Assembly: GCA_043750125.1 (NCBI GenBank)
Contig: JAYVCD010000121.1
Location: 1 to 10,778, forward strand
DNA: 10,778 bases
Direction: 5' to 3'
Source of the DNA: Archangiaceae bacterium
GTDB lineage: Bacteria > Myxococcota > Myxococcia > Myxococcales > Myxococcaceae
Shown here: in pieces, positions 6,730 to 10,778 of the stretch
Layout of the letters: the number at the start of each line of letters is the position of its first letter
Position numbering within the stretch: the stretch's first letter is position 1
Notes under the pieces: model-generated
The model's input: the letters and a program-made list of their open reading frames with translations, nothing else
Database searches by the model: none
Told to the model about the DNA's origin: nothing
Program-made: the position numbers and the translations under genes

Positions 6730-6743
6730 CTAGAGGACCCGTC

Positions 6744-7799
6744 ATGAAAGACCGTCTGGAAGCGATGGTGAACGGACTGAAAGGCGCGCTGGCCAGCGAG
6801 GCGCTGCGGGCCGACAACGCGGCCGCCTTTGTCGAAGAGCAACGGGTGAAGTACCTTGGGAAGAAGGGCGAGTTTTCCCAGGTGATGGGGGGCGTGGGAA
6901 AGCTCCCCCCCGAAGAACGCAAGGCCGCGGGCGAAGTGGCCAACCGAATCAAGGCCGAGCTCGAAGGGCTGCTGACCCAGGCCGCCACCCAGGTCGACGC
7001 GCTGAAGCTCGAAAAGGAGCTGAAGGGTCCGCGCATCGACGTGACGCTTCCGGGGCGGGGAAGGCCGCCGGGCAAGCGCCACCCGGTTTCCCAGACGCTC
7101 GAAGACATCGTCGCCACGTTCGGCCGGCTCGGCTTCTCGGTCGCGATTGGGCCGGAAATCGAGCTCGACTGGTACAACTTCGAGGCGCTCAACGTCCCCG
7201 CCGATCACCCTGCCCGCGACATGCAGGACACCTTCTACGTCGACGGCAGCTGGCTGAAGGCTGCCGCGGGGCCCGTCTTGTTGCGCACCCATACGTCGCC
7301 GGTGCAGATCCGCACGATGCTCCAGCAGCCGCCGCCGATTCGCGCGGTCATGCCCGGGCGCGTCTATCGCAAAGATTCAGATCTGACCCACACCCCGATG
7401 TTCCACCAGGTCGAAGGGCTCTTCGTCGACAAGCACGTCACGTTCGCCGAGCTCAAGGGCACCCTCGACAGCTTCGCCAAGGCCTTCTTCGGCAGCGCGG
7501 TGCAGACCCGATTTCGCCCCAGCTTCTTTCCGTTCACCGAGCCGTCGGCCGAAGTCGATGTGTCCTGCGTGATGTGCGGGGGGAAGGGCTGCAGAATCTG
7601 CAAGAACACCGGCTGGCTCGAAGTGCTCGGCAGCGGCATGGTCCACCCCAACGTCTTCACCGCCGCCGGCTACGACGCCACCCAGGTCACCGGCTTTGCG
7701 TTCGGGATGGGCGTCGAACGGCTGGCGATGCTCCGGTACCACATCGACGATCTTCGAACGATGTTCGAGAACGATTACCGCTTCCTCGCCCAGTTCTAA
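6744..7799 (+). CDS. pheS: Phenylalanine-tRNA ligase alpha subunit (351 aa)
   Basis: RVKYLGKKG, NFEALNVPADHPARDMQDTFY, LLRTHTSPVQIR, HTPMFHQVEG, RFRPSFFPFTEPS and FAFGMGVERLAM motifs. AGAGGA RBS at 6732-6737 supports ATG 6744 over the track's TTG 6699. Confidence 0.98.
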   Translation: MKDRLEAMVNGLKGALASEALRADNAAAFVEEQRVKYLGKKGEFSQVMGGVGKLPPEERKAAGEVANRIKAELEGLLTQAATQVDALKLEKELKGPRIDVTLPGRGRPPGKRHPVSQTLEDIVATFGRLGFSVAIGPEIELDWYNFEALNVPADHPARDMQDTFYVDGSWLKAAAGPVLLRTHTSPVQIRTMLQQPPPIRAVMPGRVYRKDSDLTHTPMFHQVEGLFVDKHVTFAELKGTLDSFAKAFFGSAVQTRFRPSFFPFTEPSAEVDVSCVMCGGKGCRICKNTGWLEVLGSGMVHPNVFTAAGYDATQVTGFAFGMGVERLAMLRYHIDDLRTMFENDYRFLAQF

Positions 7800-7808
7800 A
7801 AAAAAACC

Positions 7809-10214
7809 ATGAAGATCTCTCTCAACTGGTTGTCCGATTACGTCCAGCTGAACGGCCATTCGCCCGAAGAGCTCGCCCGCCGCCTGACGATGGCCGGGCT
7901 CGAAGTCGAAGGGGTCGATCACCCGGGCGCTGCTCTCGCCGGAGTGGTGGTCGCCCAAATTGTCGAATCGAACAAGCACCCCGACGCCGACAAGCTGTCG
8001 GTGACGACGATCGACGCCGGCCAGCCCGCGCCGCTGCAGGTGGTCTGTGGCGCGAAGAACTACCAGGTCGGGGACAAGGTGCCGCTGGCCACGGTCGGCA
8101 CCAAGCTTCCCAATGGCATTGAGATCAAAGCTTCGGCGCTGCGCGGAATCGACAGCTTCGGAATGCTCTGTTCCTCACGCGAGCTCGGCCTGTCTGAAGA
8201 GCACGCGGGCCTGTTGATCCTCGACCCGGCGTTGAAGGTCGGCACTCCCATCGCCCAGGCTCTCGCCCTCGACGACGTGATCTTCGAAGTGAATGTCACC
8301 CCCAACCGCCCCGACGCCTTGTGCCACCTGGGCATCGCCCGCGAGCTTGCGACCCTGCTCGGGCAAAAGGTGAAGCTGCCCGCGGTGAAGCTCAACGAAT
8401 CGGCCCAGCCCGCCTCCGAAGCGATTTCGATTCGCATCGACGATTCCACCCGCTGCCTTCGGTACGGGGCCCGGGTGATCGAGGGAGTGAAGGTCGGGCC
8501 GTCACCTGCGTGGCTGCAGCACCGGCTCAAGGCCTGCGGGATGCGCGCGATCAACAACCTCGTCGACGTAACCAACTTCGTGATGCTCGAGTGGGGCCAG
8601 CCGCTGCACGCCTTTGATCTCGAGCACCTGGCTGGGTCTCAAATCATCGTTCGCACCGCGCGAGCCGGTGAAAAGCTGACCACGCTCGACGGGAAAGAGC
8701 GCGCGCTGGCAGCCGAAGATCTGCTGATCGCCGATCGCGACGCAGGGCAGGTGTTGGCTGGAATCATGGGCGGAGCCCGCAGCGAGGTCACCGCCGGGAC
8801 CACCCGCGTTCTGCTCGAGTGCGCGACCTTTCAGCCAATGACGGTCCGCAGATCCGCCAAACGCCATGGGCTGCACACCGAGTCTTCCCATCGCTTTGAA
8901 CGGGGCACCGACGTCTCTGCCGTGCCTGCGGTGCTCGATCGCGCCGCCGCGCTGATCGCCGAGCTTTGCGGCGGAACCGTTCGGGCGGGCAGGGTGGACG
9001 TGGTTCCAAAGTCGTTGGCTCCCCGGCGGGTCAAGCTGCGGCCTGCGCGGGTGGGCGAGCTGCTGGGCATCGCCGTTCCCCCGGCCGAGTCCACTGGGAT
9101 TCTGCTCTCGCTGGGCTTCAAGCAGGTTGACGCCGAGCATTGGGAAGTCCCCCAGGCGCGCGTCGACATCGGGGGCGAAGAGGACCTGATTGAAGAGATC
9201 GCGCGCATTCGCGGTTACGAGCAGATTCCAGCCGTGCTTCCCCGCGGGCTCGGCGTGCTCGCTCCTGAGCCGAAGGGCGCCCTCGCCGAGCGTCGAATCC
9301 GTACCGCGCTGGCCGGGGCGGGCCTGGACGAAGTGGTGAACTATTCCTTCGTGGCCCCCTCTGATCTGGCCGCGTTCGCTGCCGAGACCGGGGCGATTGG
9401 GGTCACCAACCCGCTTTCCGCCGAACAAGCGGTGATGCGCACCACGCTGCTGCCCAGCCTGGTGCAGAACGTCACCCGCAGCGCGCGGCACCAGGCCCAG
9501 GGCGTGGGCTTCTATGAAATCGCTCGCAGCTACCGACCCGACCCCGAAGGAGGGGGGCCCGCCCATCGTCCAGTCGCGATCGAACGGCTCGAAGTCGCCG
9601 GTGTGCTCTGGGGACTTCGGGACGAGGCTCGAAGCTGGACGGCCAAGGACGCGGCCGTCGACTTCTACGATGCGAAGGCGGCGGTCGAGGCGGTGCTGTC
9701 GGCGCTGCACCTCGAGGGCGTCACCTGGGAACCGCTGGTGTGCGCCTGGTATCACCCCCGGGCGGCGGCTGTCGTGATGCGCGCGGGCAAGCGGCTGGGC
9801 ACTCTGGGTCAGTTGCATCCTCGCGCTCAGAAGAGCCTTGATGCTCCCGACGGAATTTTTCTCTTCCAGCTCGACCTCGATGAGCTGATCGCAGCCGCAG
9901 TGCTGGTTCCCCAGGCCGTGCCTTTGACCCGCTTTCCCGCGGTGCTGCGGGACCTGGCCCTGGTGGTCGCGATGGGGCGCGAGAACGAAGAAATCCGGAA
10001 GCTGATTGTCGAGGTGGGCGCGCCGCTGGTCGAAGACGCCCGGATTTTCGATGTCTATACCGGCAAGCCGATTCCAGAAGGTCAGAAGAACGTGGCCTAC
10101 GCGCTGCGGTACCGCGCGGCCGATCGCACCCTCACCGACCTCGAGGTCAACGTGGCCCACGCGAAGATCGTCGCCGAGGTGAATCAGCGATTGGGAGCCC
10201 AGCTGAGGCAGTAG
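7809..10214 (+). CDS. pheT: Phenylalanine-tRNA ligase beta subunit
   Basis: MKISLNWL, HPDADKL, VVCGAKN, SFGMLCS, TPNRPD, INNLVDVTNFVMLEWGQPLHAFD, RFERG, DLIEEIARIRGY and a C-terminal anticodon-binding domain (FPAVLRDLA...DRTLTD). Confidence 0.98.
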   Translation: MKISLNWLSDYVQLNGHSPEELARRLTMAGLEVEGVDHPGAALAGVVVAQIVESNKHPDADKLSVTTIDAGQPAPLQVVCGAKNYQVGDKVPLATVGTKLPNGIEIKASALRGIDSFGMLCSSRELGLSEEHAGLLILDPALKVGTPIAQALALDDVIFEVNVTPNRPDALCHLGIARELATLLGQKVKLPAVKLNESAQPASEAISIRIDDSTRCLRYGARVIEGVKVGPSPAWLQHRLKACGMRAINNLVDVTNFVMLEWGQPLHAFDLEHLAGSQIIVRTARAGEKLTTLDGKERALAAEDLLIADRDAGQVLAGIMGGARSEVTAGTTRVLLECATFQPMTVRRSAKRHGLHTESSHRFERGTDVSAVPAVLDRAAALIAELCGGTVRAGRVDVVPKSLAPRRVKLRPARVGELLGIAVPPAESTGILLSLGFKQVDAEHWEVPQARVDIGGEEDLIEEIARIRGYEQIPAVLPRGLGVLAPEPKGALAERRIRTALAGAGLDEVVNYSFVAPSDLAAFAAETGAIGVTNPLSAEQAVMRTTLLPSLVQNVTRSARHQAQGVGFYEIARSYRPDPEGGGPAHRPVAIERLEVAGVLWGLRDEARSWTAKDAAVDFYDAKAAVEAVLSALHLEGVTWEPLVCAWYHPRAAAVVMRAGKRLGTLGQLHPRAQKSLDAPDGIFLFQLDLDELIAAAVLVPQAVPLTRFPAVLRDLALVVAMGRENEEIRKLIVEVGAPLVEDARIFDVYTGKPIPEGQKNVAYALRYRAADRTLTDLEVNVAHAKIVAEVNQRLGAQLRQ

Positions 10215-10240
10215 CCAAAATCCGTAAGAACGACGGGAAG

Positions 10241-10270
10241 TTGACAGGTCTTCGTCGTTCGGGTCAGGAT
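10241..10270 (+). promoter_or_regulatory. Putative sigma70 promoter for ihfA
   Basis: Consensus TTGACA (10241-10246), 18 nt, CAGGAT (10265-10270, weak -10). Confidence 0.4.
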
Positions 10271-10280
10271 CGCGCGCACC

Positions 10281-10613
10281 ATGACCAAGGCGGACATCAT
10301 CGAGGGCGTCTACGAGAAAGTCGGTTTCTCGAAGAAGGAATCGGCTGAAATTGTTGAGCTTGTGTTCGACACCCTCAAAGAGACGCTCGAGCGCGGGGAC
10401 AAGGTAAAAATCTCCGGGTTTGGAAACTTCCAGCCGCGCTTCAAACGCGCCCGTCCCGGTCGTAATCCGCAAAGTGGCCAGCCGATCGAGATCACCGCCC
10501 GGCGCGTGGTGAAATTCGTACCCAGCCAGGTGCTCAAGGCGGCGCTCAACGGAGGCCGCGTCGACGACGGCGAAGAGTCCGCTGAGGACGAAGAAGACAG
10601 CAGCAGTCCGTGA
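10281..10613 (+). CDS. ihfA: Integration host factor alpha subunit with acidic C-terminal tail
   Basis: MTKADI...VKISGFGNF...GRNPQSG.PIEITARRVV.F.PS..LK (HU/IHF fold, alpha-like), canonical position after pheT. Confidence 0.92.
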   Translation: MTKADIIEGVYEKVGFSKKESAEIVELVFDTLKETLERGDKVKISGFGNFQPRFKRARPGRNPQSGQPIEITARRVVKFVPSQVLKAALNGGRVDDGEESAEDEEDSSSP

Positions 10614-10619
10614 GAGTGG

Positions 10620-10648
10620 TTGACGCTCTTCGGCGGGGCGGGCATAAG
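10620..10648 (+). promoter_or_regulatory. Putative promoter for tRNA-Pro
   Basis: TTGACG (10620-10625), 17 nt, CATAAG (10643-10648), followed by a GC-rich stretch. Confidence 0.45.
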
Positions 10649-10684
10649 TGCGCCGTCGTTGCTGATGTTTAGAGTTTAGAAAAA

Positions 10685-10759
<75 letters not shown>

Positions 10760-10778
10760 CTTTTCGAAGGCCTCGGCT

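Noticed and set aside
6581-6733. TTG-started 50-codon ORF ending IFF as a pheM-like leader
   Set aside because: Starts inside rplT with no SD, is far longer than typical leader peptides, and its Phe codons are scattered or just the U-tract.
5243-6743. Track starts at 5243 (infC), 5995 (rpmI) and 6699 (pheS)
   Set aside because: These N-terminal extensions run through predicted promoter or terminator sequence. SD-supported starts are 5297, 6100 and 6744.
7566-7620. CxxCxxxxCxxC cluster in PheS
   Set aside because: A common insert in PheS of many bacterial lineages, so not novel.
5192-7979. Minus-strand ORFs over infC-pheS (220, 321, 209, 190, 200 aa)
   Set aside because: Antisense shadows with no RBS or motif support.
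8502-10472. 656-aa antisense ORF over pheT-ihfA
   Set aside because: Shadow ORF on the codon-aligned antisense frame of GC-biased genes. pheT and ihfA share a frame, so it runs across both. No recognisable motifs.
10667-10680. GTTTAGA tandem resembling the start of a type II CRISPR repeat
   Set aside because: Only 7 nt repeated twice, with no spacers and no cas genes.

Overview
GC-rich bacterial core-genome window, most likely Myxococcota. The taxonomy is inferred from an IF3 with an ATC start and long C-terminal tail, spoVG next to prs, and a deltaproteobacterial-type IhfA. Gene order: 3' end of rlmN, rpsP-khpA-rimM-trmD (+); a convergent unit spoVG-prs-GH1 lipoprotein (-); then infC-rpmI-rplT-[terminator]-pheS-pheT-ihfA-tRNA-Pro(GGG) (+). 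No mobile element, CRISPR array or defence system is visible. Three things stand out. (1) The rplT-pheS spacer has a strong terminator directly before pheS, a competing helix formed by the last rplT codons, and a Phe-rich frame continuing past the rplT amber stop, which suggests a pheM-less attenuator. (2) A GH1 resembling the archaeal LacS/CelB type carries a lipoprotein signal and is translationally coupled to prs. (3) Several usual neighbours (rplS, rplY/pth, thrS, tRNA-Gln, the MerR gene) are missing at operon edges. All assignments come from motif recognition by eye; no searches were run.
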